From positions 1 through 58,991 of the forward strand of contig JAQVIY010000004.1 in NCBI GenBank assembly GCA_028695415.1: DNA of 58,991 nucleotides. The letters run 5' to 3'. This document shows positions 37,330-46,359 of this stretch, one piece after another. This stretch comes from Minisyncoccota bacterium. GTDB taxonomy: Bacteria; Patescibacteriota; Minisyncoccia; Phycocordibacterales; Phycocordibacteraceae. The notes under the pieces were generated by a model. The model was given only the letters and a program-made list of their open reading frames with translations, was not told where the DNA came from and did no database searches. How positions within the stretch are numbered: the stretch's first letter is position 1; the number at the start of each line of letters is the position of its first letter. Position numbers and translations under genes: made by a program.

Positions 37330-39111
37330 CTAGGGAGGACACTTCGTCGAAGAGTCCAACATGCCGAGGCACGATACCGGCGTACACGATTTTGTTTTGA
37401 GCGTCTGTGCATTTGTGCTTATTAGGTTCATCCGGTCGACAAGGGATCCGCCAGTTACATCAAGCGATACGGTAGGCGTGGCGCTCGTGCTCATCGGGAG
37501 CGCGATAGCGCCGCCGTTTACGCTTGCGTTCTTCTGTGCATTATCGGTCTCCGTCGGCGTCGGCGATGAGGTGAGAAGCGTTTGCGTTTGGACGCTCAGT
37601 GTCGATGCTGCTGAGCTGTTGGCAGACGCCGTTGTATCGAGCCCTGCGACAGAGTTCGCTTGGACCTTGAGCGCCAATGCTTTGGTATTCGCGATGACCG
37701 ATGAACTTGCTACGGCCGCCGCTTCTTGGAGCGCCGGCGCTATCACACTCGTGATGGCATTTCGTGCCGCAGTCGCCTGCGTATTCGCTTTGTTTATAAA
37801 GACGTCGAGACTAGACCACCCTGCCGGATTCGCTGCCGCATCAATAGCCGCTGCGGTGCAGAAGTCTGCGAGACTTGCGGCACTCGAGGAGGCGGTGTTT
37901 GCGGCGGTGGCTATCGTCTGCCACGAATTCAGATAGGTCGTGATGTTTGAGAGCACCGACTGGGCTGCAGAGAGGCCAGATGCCGATGCCGATTCTGATG
38001 CGCTCGTACTGCTATCGGTATAACTTCCGAGCGCGGAGGTGATTGCCGTAGACCTGGGCCCTCCTCCTGAGCTTGTCGAAGAAGGCGACCCGCCGCCAAG
38101 GAGACCGGTCGCGGCGCCGAGCACCTGATCCATAACCGCATTGAGCACCGCACTGAGCGCGCTGTCGAAATCGTTTGCAGAGATAAGCTGGGCATATGAC
38201 TGGTCGAAACCGGCATCAGCAATAGCCTTGGTTGCATAGGCGTGAATCATCGACCCCGGAGTCACCGATTGAACCGGCTTTCCGTCCTCACTGGTACACG
38301 GCGCTTGAGGCTTTACGCCCGTGCTGCTCGTGGACCCGGCTGGGCACAGCGAAAGAAATCCGCCCGATTGAACAAGATCCTGCCGGCGATTAGTCTGCGC
38401 CTGCGTCACGTTGCTCACCGCTTGATTCTGAGCCGTCTGATAGAGGATGAAAGGATTGTTCTGTGTTGGGCCGGTGAGTGCGAACCACTCGCCAAGCCCT
38501 CCTTGCGACCATGAACCGCCGACAAAAGCGCTCGGGTTCGAAGAATATTTCGTAAGGGTGTTTTGGTTCCCCGAGAAAAAGCCGGCGACGCTCGTTTTCT
38601 GAGCATAATCCTTGAGAAGCGCCGACGATATCGCAGAACCGAACGGGGAATTGAACCCGGTTCTCATCTGCTCGATGAAGGCGAGCGCGGCTGAATCTCC
38701 GACCCCCTGCAGATGTATCGAAAGGTTCGGCACATAGCTTGGCGCTTTGGAACTATTGGCGCCGTTGATCCAGTTGACGACGCTCTTGGTCATATTCTGG
38801 ATCGTCTTTTTGATGATCGAGCGTATGAGCGGCATAATCACCAAATCGTTGACACAACTTGCCACAGTTGACCCAGCCGTAGTGCCAGAAGATGTCTCGA
38901 TTGATATGTTTTTCACCGGCACACCAGAGAGGAGAGGGATCGGAAGCGGCAACGAGCCGAGAAGTGACAAAGCAGCACCACCGAGAAGCCCCCCTACACA
39001 GCTCACCGCCGAAGCAGACGCTCTCGGTGGAGCGGCAAAGAACGCCGCCGGTGCAATAAGCGTAACGATAAGAAGGGTTGCTAAGGTGCTTGAGAAAAAT
39101 CTTTTGCTCAT
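37330..39111 (-). CDS. large secreted/anchored Ser/Thr/Ala-rich hypothetical protein
   Basis: 593 aa; N-terminal hydrophobic signal; low-complexity S/T/A C-terminal half; ATGA overlap with the upstream gene. Confidence 0.6.
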   Translation of the reverse strand: MSKRFFSSTLATLLIVTLIAPAAFFAAPPRASASAVSCVGGLLGGAALSLLGSLPLPIPLLSGVPVKNISIETSSGTTAGSTVASCVNDLVIMPLIRSIIKKTIQNMTKSVVNWINGANSSKAPSYVPNLSIHLQGVGDSAALAFIEQMRTGFNSPFGSAISSALLKDYAQKTSVAGFFSGNQNTLTKYSSNPSAFVGGSWSQGGLGEWFALTGPTQNNPFILYQTAQNQAVSNVTQAQTNRRQDLVQSGGFLSLCPAGSTSSTGVKPQAPCTSEDGKPVQSVTPGSMIHAYATKAIADAGFDQSYAQLISANDFDSALSAVLNAVMDQVLGAATGLLGGGSPSSTSSGGGPRSTAITSALGSYTDSSTSASESASASGLSAAQSVLSNITTYLNSWQTIATAANTASSSAASLADFCTAAAIDAAANPAGWSSLDVFINKANTQATAARNAITSVIAPALQEAAAVASSSVIANTKALALKVQANSVAGLDTTASANSSAASTLSVQTQTLLTSSPTPTETDNAQKNASVNGGAIALPMSTSATPTVSLDVTGGSLVDRMNLISTNAQTLKTKSCTPVSCLGMLDSSTKCPP

Positions 39112-40124
39112 GGTGTTTGTGCTCCCGTTTTCTGGTTTGCGCCGAGATTGGCCATAAGATTTACGAATGACGCTCCTGGCGTACCGTTTTGAAACGTGAT
39201 GCCGCTTGCGGCATACACGCTCGCGAGCGCTGCGAAGGCGTGTTCCGCCGCGAGCTCCGTTTCTCGAAATTGCTGAAGCGCGAGCATCGCCGCTATCGGA
39301 TCGCTATTGACTCGGGCAAAGTCATTATCAATTTCGCTCAGGCGCATGATCGCATTCACGATCGTAAGATCAGCGGCAGCGAGTTCTTTCGGAACCGGAA
39401 GCACCGCAAGACCGACGGCAGTATTCCGATAGGCGCTCGAAAGGGAGGCGAGGTGCGCGACAGCTGAGGCGTCACTGTTCTCTACCACGTCTTGAAAATA
39501 TCCCATCTCGCTCTTCGTGACGTCGGTAGCATTCTTCTTGAGCACCGCTTCAGCCGCGACGGCGAAGGCTCGCAAGGCATCAACTCCCTCGCCGGACACC
39601 TCCAAGTCCGCTGCCTTCTTGTACGGTGCAGCGGGAGCGAAGTCTTGTGAAAGTTTCGTTATCGTCTGGTCAGCAAGCGCATTCGTCTGCTCGCTCGAGA
39701 GTTCGATGCCGCCGTTTATTTGCTTTGCGGCGAGATATTGCATGAAGAAATTCTTTGCGAAGGCATCGGTAATCGTCCCGGGGTCTGTCGCGGGAGTCGA
39801 GGTTGCTACCGTCACTTCGGCAATAGCCTTCGGGACGATAAGCCCTTTAGAAACCGCAACCCCATCAGTCATACCGAGCTTGAAGCTGTCCAGAGTATGG
39901 GCGTCAGTGCCATAGAGCGTTTCCTCCCAATCAGGGAGTCCGTCGTTGTCTGAATCCTTTGTTGCGATTGCCTGTAAAAGCGCCGTCTCCTCCGAGGCCT
40001 CCGCAACGGTCGGCAATTCAATATTCCGCGCAAGCATATATGCGCCAGCGACCAGTGCCACCGAGAAGAGTGTCGCGGCAGTGATTCGCCAGTTTTCAGG
40101 AAAGCGCTCCCCCATTGCCCTCAA
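39108..40124 (-). CDS. membrane-anchored hypothetical protein with a thrombospondin-type-3-like Ca-binding motif
   Basis: N-terminal TM segment; DSDNDGLPDWEETLYGTD motif; helical remainder. Confidence 0.6.
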   Translation of the reverse strand: MRAMGERFPENWRITAATLFSVALVAGAYMLARNIELPTVAEASEETALLQAIATKDSDNDGLPDWEETLYGTDAHTLDSFKLGMTDGVAVSKGLIVPKAIAEVTVATSTPATDPGTITDAFAKNFFMQYLAAKQINGGIELSSEQTNALADQTITKLSQDFAPAAPYKKAADLEVSGEGVDALRAFAVAAEAVLKKNATDVTKSEMGYFQDVVENSDASAVAHLASLSSAYRNTAVGLAVLPVPKELAAADLTIVNAIMRLSEIDNDFARVNSDPIAAMLALQQFRETELAAEHAFAALASVYAASGITFQNGTPGASFVNLMANLGANQKTGAQTP

Positions 40125-40203
40125 GTATAGCAGTAGTGCAAGGGAGAGGTAGTGCTCCTATAGGTATAACCTGCAGATATGTAAGAAGTGCTATGCTTTG
40201 CGT

Positions 40204-41343
40204 ATGCGTATGCGACTCTTCTCTCTTGTTCTTATTGGCATATCAACACTCCTCCCTGTATTTTCGGTACAAGCTGACACGAGCACGTTTGAAACACTCA
40301 CCACGAACCTTATGCCCGGCTCTCGAGGAATGCAGGTCATCGTGTTACAAAAAATCCTCAATCGAGACCCTGAGACGCGCATAACAAGCGCCGGATTAGG
40401 CTCCCCCGGAAATGAAACCGATATGTTCGGACCGCTTACGAAAGCGGCGGTCATACGATTCCAGGAGAAATATGCCCAAGAAATCCTTGTCCCTGCCGGA
40501 CTCGCAAGAGGTAACGGCTATGTCGGCTCCTATACGAGAAACAAGCTCAATTCGCTTTCTTCATCTGTCGTGAAAGCGAATTCACTTACCGCACAGGCCA
40601 CAACAACCGCTGTTGCGGCAGGGATGGATTTCCTGGTACGCGATACCGAAAGAACCGATATATACGCAGGAGACAAGAAATTAGAAGCGACTCAGAATCG
40701 TTTCTATGCGGCCATCAATGCCGCAATCCTCGCCGCAAACGCATCGCAAAGCACTGCTACCATAACGCCTCCTACCATAACGATGGCGGATGTGCCGAGC
40801 GTTACGATTGGCATGCTCGCCCCGCAATTCGGCACTCCGGGTACGAAAGTCTCCCTGAAAGGATCCGGTATTTCTTCAAAAAGCGTCGTCTATTTCGGGA
40901 ACACGTATCTCGTCCGTACGGTGAACGTGAACATATTCGGGGATTTTTCTTTTATCATCCCCTCCATTCCACCAGGCCGTTATGATGTGGCAGTACGAAC
41001 GGGCGATACGGTCTCCAACACGACGATCTTCGTCATAACCGACCCGAAAAATCCTCCCGTGCATATAGAGCGTGTTTCCCCTGTTGCTCTCTCATACGGT
41101 GGGACCCTGACTATCACCGGCTCCGGTTTCTTACCGAAAGGTAATGTCGTTATGACAAAATACCAGAAGTTCCTTGATGTTCCCTCGCCTGATAGCACCA
41201 CGCTCACGGTTGAAGTTGCTCCTGAAAGGTTGCGTGCTTCGGCAAAGGTCGGGAACGGAACGAGGAGTATACCGATGTTTCTCTATGTAGTGAACGATTA
41301 CGGGTTTTCTGATACGGAAAAATCCTTTACTATGAACCTATGA
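40204..41343 (+). CDS. secreted peptidoglycan-binding (PG_binding_1) protein with two IPT/TIG-like domains
   Basis: Signal peptide; GSRGMQVIVLQKILN...FGPLTKAAVIRFQ; two Ig-like blocks (TKVSLKGSGI.., GTLTITGSGF..). Confidence 0.6.
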   Translation: MRMRLFSLVLIGISTLLPVFSVQADTSTFETLTTNLMPGSRGMQVIVLQKILNRDPETRITSAGLGSPGNETDMFGPLTKAAVIRFQEKYAQEILVPAGLARGNGYVGSYTRNKLNSLSSSVVKANSLTAQATTTAVAAGMDFLVRDTERTDIYAGDKKLEATQNRFYAAINAAILAANASQSTATITPPTITMADVPSVTIGMLAPQFGTPGTKVSLKGSGISSKSVVYFGNTYLVRTVNVNIFGDFSFIIPSIPPGRYDVAVRTGDTVSNTTIFVITDPKNPPVHIERVSPVALSYGGTLTITGSGFLPKGNVVMTKYQKFLDVPSPDSTTLTVEVAPERLRASAKVGNGTRSIPMFLYVVNDYGFSDTEKSFTMNL

Positions 41344-41693
41344 GAAAGATTCTTCTTACGCTTATCATTCCCTTTTTCATAGTTGCAATCCCTTCTGTCT
41401 CGCATGCCCAGGTCCCATTTGGAGGTCTTGTCGTTGCTGAGATCCCATGCACCTGCTCGCCATTTACTTGGCAATTCTTTGCTCCTCTCTTTTTAGGTCC
41501 AGTACCAACAGCGGGGCCGCTCGCAGTACCTGATACGCCGTTCATATTTGCATACTATTATTCTCTCCCTACTGACTGGGTACTTGGCTTCTTTACTCCT
41601 GGGGTCGAAGCATGTTGGATGTATGCCGTTGCTGGGTGTTTCCCTCTTGTGGTGGAAGGTGCCGTGACACCTTTCGCTGGGACATCTCTTTAG
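41340..41693 (+). CDS. small secreted Cys-containing hypothetical protein
   Basis: Signal peptide ending SHAQV; PCTCSPFTW and ACWMYAVAGC; ATGA overlap with the previous gene. Confidence 0.5.
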   Translation: MRKILLTLIIPFFIVAIPSVSHAQVPFGGLVVAEIPCTCSPFTWQFFAPLFLGPVPTAGPLAVPDTPFIFAYYYSLPTDWVLGFFTPGVEACWMYAVAGCFPLVVEGAVTPFAGTSL

Positions 41694-42433
41694 AGAGAGT
41701 TGAGCCACACGGAAAGCGGGAGATCTTCTGCACGGGCTTTTTCCGGTAACGTACTGCCTGAGAGCCCGGCTTCCGAAAGATTCTTCCGCACGAATTTTCG
41801 TTTGTGAGCGAATCCGGCATGAATAAGTTTGAAAAACATCTCCTCTTCTTTTGTGCTATTGAAATTCTCTCGCGAGATATCACGGATAGAGAGCACCGCA
41901 GAGTCTACCTTTGGCGCGGGATTGAACGCGCCCTGTGGAACCGTAAACTCATAGGTCGGCGTGCCGTACGCTTTCACCGAAAGCGAGAGGATTGATTCTT
42001 TCTTTGATCGGGCGATGCGCTCTGCCACTTCTTTCTGTACAAGAAGCGTCACTCCGCTTGGTTGATTTCCCGTTTCGAGAAACATTCTGAATATCTCGCC
42101 GGTGAGATAATACGGGATATTTGCGACGAGCAGGTACCCTTTCGGGAGCGCGTCGATGTCGAAGGTGCGGATGTCACCATAGAGGAGTGTTAGTGTGCGA
42201 GCTGCTATCTCCGGAGCAAATGTCTGTTGCAACTCTTCAAAGAGCTCTTCGTCTGCCTCTAGCGCGATTACATTCTTCGCGAATTTCAAGAGTTCACGGG
42301 TGAGCATTCCTGTCCCGGGACCTATTTCAAAAACGGTCGAATCTGGAGATATTCCTGCGACGCGCGCGATACGCTCTGCAATGCGTGCATGCATCAAGAA
42401 GTTCTGTCCGAGTGATTTCTTCGCGCGTACCAT
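41690..42433 (-). CDS. rsmA: 16S rRNA (adenine1518/1519-N6)-dimethyltransferase
   Basis: KKSLGQNFL, EIGPGTGMLT, NIPYY. Confidence 0.9.
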   Translation of the reverse strand: MVRAKKSLGQNFLMHARIAERIARVAGISPDSTVFEIGPGTGMLTRELLKFAKNVIALEADEELFEELQQTFAPEIAARTLTLLYGDIRTFDIDALPKGYLLVANIPYYLTGEIFRMFLETGNQPSGVTLLVQKEVAERIARSKKESILSLSVKAYGTPTYEFTVPQGAFNPAPKVDSAVLSIRDISRENFNSTKEEEMFFKLIHAGFAHKRKFVRKNLSEAGLSGSTLPEKARAEDLPLSVWLNSL

Positions 42434-42436
42434 ATG

Positions 42437-42465
42437 TTGACACACAGTACCAGAAGTGATATAAA
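42437..42465 (+). promoter_or_regulatory. sigma70-like promoter for the lipoprotein gene
   Basis: TTGACA, 17 nt, TATAAA; GAGAGGAG Shine-Dalgarno sequence before ATG 42537. Confidence 0.5.
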
Positions 42466-42536
42466 CAATCCAGTTGTCATCGAGTTCTCATTCAGGAACT
42501 CGTCGTTCCCACGAACCTTGAGAGAGGAGAATCACT

Positions 42537-43001
42537 ATGAAAAACGTGCCGTTCATTTCGAGTCTTATTCTCGCCGTCTTGTGCACGAGCCTCGCCGGGT
42601 GCGTAGCGGTCATGATTCCGGCAGCAACCCTCGGTGGTGGCGCACTTCAGAACGAAGCGATGAACGGCGGCAAGATGAATGCCGACAGCGCGAAATACAA
42701 GCTGCCGCGCACCGTCACCGCCGAGAAATTCAAGTCCGATGCCCGAAGCATCGCAAACGAGACCAACTTCGAGATCGTCAACGTGATGGATATGCAGAGC
42801 GAAACGGGCTCGCTCGTTATGCTTACCCTGAATCGCCGCGTCTCCGGCTTTCTCAAAGTGGGCAACATCTCGCTCACCATCTACCTCGGCGCCGACGGCA
42901 AGACCGTCACGATCAGTTCCCGGGTATTTGGCCATACCGACGGCGCATCGGCGGACGGCATCATTGCCGATTTCCAAAAGAAGCTCGCCGCGAGATCCTG
43001 A
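42537..43001 (+). CDS. lipoprotein, hypothetical
   Basis: Lipobox LAGC after a hydrophobic signal; 154 aa. Confidence 0.65.
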   Translation: MKNVPFISSLILAVLCTSLAGCVAVMIPAATLGGGALQNEAMNGGKMNADSAKYKLPRTVTAEKFKSDARSIANETNFEIVNVMDMQSETGSLVMLTLNRRVSGFLKVGNISLTIYLGADGKTVTISSRVFGHTDGASADGIIADFQKKLAARS

Positions 43002-43021
43002 TTTGCCCAGAAGTTCTTCCG

Positions 43022-43053
43022 CAGCCTTGCGTCGTTTCGCAAGGCTGTTTTTT
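43022..43053. terminator. intrinsic terminator between the lipoprotein gene and the helicase gene
   Basis: cagccttgcg tcgttt cgcaaggctg tttttt. Confidence 0.7.
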
Positions 43054-43058
43054 ATTTC

Positions 43059-46000
43059 TCAGAAGTATCTACCGCCCGCACCGCCCTCTTCAAAGCGCAC
43101 GAGTGCACTATCAATATCTGCGAGGAATGATGACGGTTCTGTATAGATATCACTCCCATAAATCTTTCGAACGTGTGCGAACGTGAGGATAAGCCGCTCC
43201 TTCGCCCGCGTCATCGCAACATAAAAAAGCCGCCGCTCCTCCTCTTCGTCACGATGCGTATCGCCACCCATTGCCTGATGCGGAAAAAGTCCTTCTTCCA
43301 TACCACTCACGAACACAGTCCCGAACTCAAGACCCTTTGCTGCGTGGACAGTCATAAGCATCACCCCTCTCTTCTCTCCCTGATCTATCTCATCTTGATC
43401 GCTCGCTAAAGCCGCCTCGGCAATAAAGAGCGCGATACCCTCCTTGCCGAGGCTCGTGTCGTAACGAGCAGCAACCGATGCGAGTTCCTCAATATTTTCG
43501 AAACGCTCTTTATCTTCTTCACTCCCCTCGTCGAGAAGCGCGCGGCGCATGCCGCTCTTCTCGATAACAAGCTTTACAAACTCAGAGGGTCGAAGTGTCG
43601 TGGCAGCGTGCGAAAGTTCTGCAATTATCTTTTCAAATGCTTCTACCTTCATGAGCTCGCCGGCACGAAGCGCATCACGCTGTCCTGCCGCGAGCTTGCC
43701 GAGTGTGACCTTACCGATGCCGCGCGAGGGAAACGCAGCGGCGCGCATCTTATCCGCCTCGCGCGAAGGATCCATCGCGAGCCGCATCCACGCAAGCGTA
43801 TCCTTCACCTCTTTACGCGCGAAGAAATGCGTACCCAAGAGCTTGTAGGGCACGCCAGCTCGAAGAAGTCCTTCTTCGAGCGCACGGGATTGGAAATTAG
43901 TGCGAAAGAGTATCGCTATATCTTCCGGCTTCACCCCCTCCTGTGTGAGCGTCTTGATGCGCAGAGCTATCCAACGCGCCTCATCTTCTGCATCTATCGC
44001 GCTATGCACCACAATCGGCTCACCGGCGGCTTTATCGCTCGTCGAATATTTCTCTTTTCTGTTCTTATTCTTCTCGATGACGGCATTTGCCGCATCAACG
44101 AGATTCTTCGTCGAGCGATAGTTCTGTGCGAGAAGAATTGTCTCTGCGCCGGGATATTTCTTATCGAACTCAAGGAGATTCTCGATAGTCGCTCCGCGCC
44201 AGGTATAGATACAATTGTGAGTTGCTATGCCATTCGCAACAAAATTATGCGTGCCTTCGATATCAAGATCGTATACTCGCATCTTCTCTTTCGCTATGCG
44301 CTCAACGCGCTCTACGATATCCCATTTCCCTTCTTCATCGAACATTGCCATGCCCCGCCGCAGAGAACCAGCAGGGAGAAATGGGAGTGAGTTGCCATCC
44401 TTTGGATTCTTCTTGTGACCGCCAAGACGTGCAGTGCGTACCAGTACTGACTCTGGAAATATGTCATACAATTCACGAATGATACGCTCTATCGTTCCAT
44501 AGTCCTTATGCGCAGTCTCGAATCGCCAGTTTTGTGATCCCGCCCGCGCAGGACGAACTGAGAACCCGGCGTTACGAAGTTTCTTTTTCCCTTCTTCGTC
44601 ATTTCCCGCTAACGCGATTCGATGAAGCGTTCTCGTCGTTCGATGGTCGCCACACAACGTCACGACGATATTCTTGCGACCAGCACTCGTATGTCCTTGT
44701 GCACGATGGTGAGGATGCGAAATTGAGAGTCCTTCTGCACTAAGAAGCGTTCGCGCCCCGGCGTCAGTATTGAATGACGCAAATATCCTATCGAGGACTT
44801 CCTGATCGTGTACGTACCCATGCGTGCTCCCTCCTTTTCGTGCGACAAAAGGAAGTGTTGGGATCATATACCGAAGCGAGAGCTGGTATTCAAGAATGCG
44901 TGCGTCCTGTTGAGAATCATGCACACCGATGATCCACACCTCATCTGCATGCTCGTGGTTGCATCGCTGTTGAAACCCAATCATCGGTTTACGCTGGCCC
45001 TTCGTATAGGTCTGTGAGACACCGAGGCGCCAACCCTTGCCTTTCTTGTGCATGAGATAGGTGAAAGAAAGCTGCGGCGTCTCACCAAGACGATACCCCG
45101 CAAAATGCAGATGGTCTGATGTACTCGTGAGAATCTTCCCCGAACGAGTCGTCACACGTACCAATTCGCCCCATGCGATTCTCGTGGTCACCCTTGTCAC
45201 ACGCGCCGGACGCATATCACCGCTTCCATAATTTGAGAGTACGAGGTCGTCTTTTTTTATCTTTTCTATCGTCCGTGTCGATCCGTCCGGTAGAAGGATA
45301 TTCGTACCGCCGACGAGACACTGATCAATGTCCCCTACGACAAATACATTGCGATGTTTCGCGGCGAGCATGTTCGCAAGCCGTCCCTGAAGCGCATTTG
45401 TGTCTTGATACTCGTCGATGTGCACGTAGTGCCACCGGTCTTGCACGAGCGCACGAATATCCGCATGCTCTTCGAGCAATCGAACGGGAAGCGCGATGAG
45501 GTCATCAAAATCGAGCGCCTTTTCCTCTGCGAGCGCCTTTTCGTATCGCAGCCACGCTTCGGCGGTGATACGTCCGCCAAAACTCGATCTGCCCTGTTTC
45601 TCATAGAACTCGTTTGCGCGCATACCCTCCCCCTTCGCACGCGAGATGCGCGCGAGGACAGCGCGCGGTGAGAGCTCTTTCGTCTCAACGTCGAGCGCCT
45701 TGAGCGCCGAACTGATAACCTTCTCTGAATCGTCGCGATCGTACACACTGAAGAATCGCGGGATTCCCATCCCCCTCCCATAGCTTTCCAGAAGCTCGCG
45801 TCCGAGCCCGTGGAACGTGGCGATAAAAGGGAGCGTGGTATCGCCTTCGAGCTGTTTACGCACTCGCTCGCGCATCTCGCGCGCTGCCTTGTTGGTAAAG
45901 GTGACCGCCAATATTTTATCCGCCCCCACCCCTTCACGAATAAGATGGTATATGCGTGTGGTAAGAACGCGTGTTTTACCGCTCCCGGCACCTGCGAGTA

Positions 46001-46070
46001 CCGAGACAGGTCCGTCTTTGGCGAGCACAGCGCGCTTTTGAGCATCATTCAATCCTTCAAGGTATTTCAC
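43059..46070 (-). CDS. pcrA: UvrD/PcrA-type superfamily-1 DNA helicase interrupted by an intein
   Basis: AGAGSGKT (motif I), DEYQDTN (motif II), VGDIDQ|intein|CIYTWRGA (motif III), QNYRS, VHAAKGLEF. Confidence 0.9.
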   Translation of the reverse strand: MKYLEGLNDAQKRAVLAKDGPVSVLAGAGSGKTRVLTTRIYHLIREGVGADKILAVTFTNKAAREMRERVRKQLEGDTTLPFIATFHGLGRELLESYGRGMGIPRFFSVYDRDDSEKVISSALKALDVETKELSPRAVLARISRAKGEGMRANEFYEKQGRSSFGGRITAEAWLRYEKALAEEKALDFDDLIALPVRLLEEHADIRALVQDRWHYVHIDEYQDTNALQGRLANMLAAKHRNVFVVGDIDQCLVGGTNILLPDGSTRTIEKIKKDDLVLSNYGSGDMRPARVTRVTTRIAWGELVRVTTRSGKILTSTSDHLHFAGYRLGETPQLSFTYLMHKKGKGWRLGVSQTYTKGQRKPMIGFQQRCNHEHADEVWIIGVHDSQQDARILEYQLSLRYMIPTLPFVARKGGSTHGYVHDQEVLDRIFASFNTDAGARTLLSAEGLSISHPHHRAQGHTSAGRKNIVVTLCGDHRTTRTLHRIALAGNDEEGKKKLRNAGFSVRPARAGSQNWRFETAHKDYGTIERIIRELYDIFPESVLVRTARLGGHKKNPKDGNSLPFLPAGSLRRGMAMFDEEGKWDIVERVERIAKEKMRVYDLDIEGTHNFVANGIATHNCIYTWRGATIENLLEFDKKYPGAETILLAQNYRSTKNLVDAANAVIEKNKNRKEKYSTSDKAAGEPIVVHSAIDAEDEARWIALRIKTLTQEGVKPEDIAILFRTNFQSRALEEGLLRAGVPYKLLGTHFFARKEVKDTLAWMRLAMDPSREADKMRAAAFPSRGIGKVTLGKLAAGQRDALRAGELMKVEAFEKIIAELSHAATTLRPSEFVKLVIEKSGMRRALLDEGSEEDKERFENIEELASVAARYDTSLGKEGIALFIAEAALASDQDEIDQGEKRGVMLMTVHAAKGLEFGTVFVSGMEEGLFPHQAMGGDTHRDEEEERRLFYVAMTRAKERLILTFAHVRKIYGSDIYTEPSSFLADIDSALVRFEEGGAGGRYF
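44214..45320 (-). mobile_element. class-1 intein (369 aa) in helicase motif III
   Basis: Cys1 (CLVGGTNILLPDG), block B TSDH, block F VYDLDIEGTHNFVANG, terminal HN, +1 Cys. Codons were verified at both junctions. Confidence 0.85.
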
Positions 46071-46193
46071 TTTTCAAATATACCCCATTGGATGTCTTTC
46101 CACAGAATATTCGTCATAGAAAATGGACCCGGTTACAGAATCCAACGGGGCAAGCCCTAAAAAAAGGCTCTCCACAGGTACCCAAAGAAGCGG

Positions 46194-46221
46194 TTGACTC
46201 CTCCTTCTCCCGAGCTATACT
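46194..46221 (+). promoter_or_regulatory. sigma70-like promoter upstream of the LysM/M23 gene
   Basis: TTGACT, 16 nt, TATACT, followed by a leader of about 130 nt with an 8-bp hairpin (atggctta...taagccat). Confidence 0.45.
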
Positions 46222-46359
46222 CGCCTTATCGACTGATACGGATGTACTCAAGGGATGGCTTATATACAGCGTATGTAAGCCATTCTTGTATTTAGACCGA
46301 CTCCCCGCCCCCCTCAGATTCCCATAAAATCCAACCACCAATTCTTCATACTCGGGCTC

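Noticed and set aside
42434-43186. 250-aa plus-strand ORF overlapping the lipoprotein gene in another frame.
   Set aside because: The product is Arg-rich with no structure. The 154-aa frame has a Shine-Dalgarno sequence, signal peptide, lipobox and a matching promoter.
44550-44640. LAGLIDADG homing endonuclease call for the intein central domain, based on the string LAGNDEEG.
   Set aside because: It is a single degenerate match, one residue short of the motif, with no recognisable second motif. The central domain is left unassigned.
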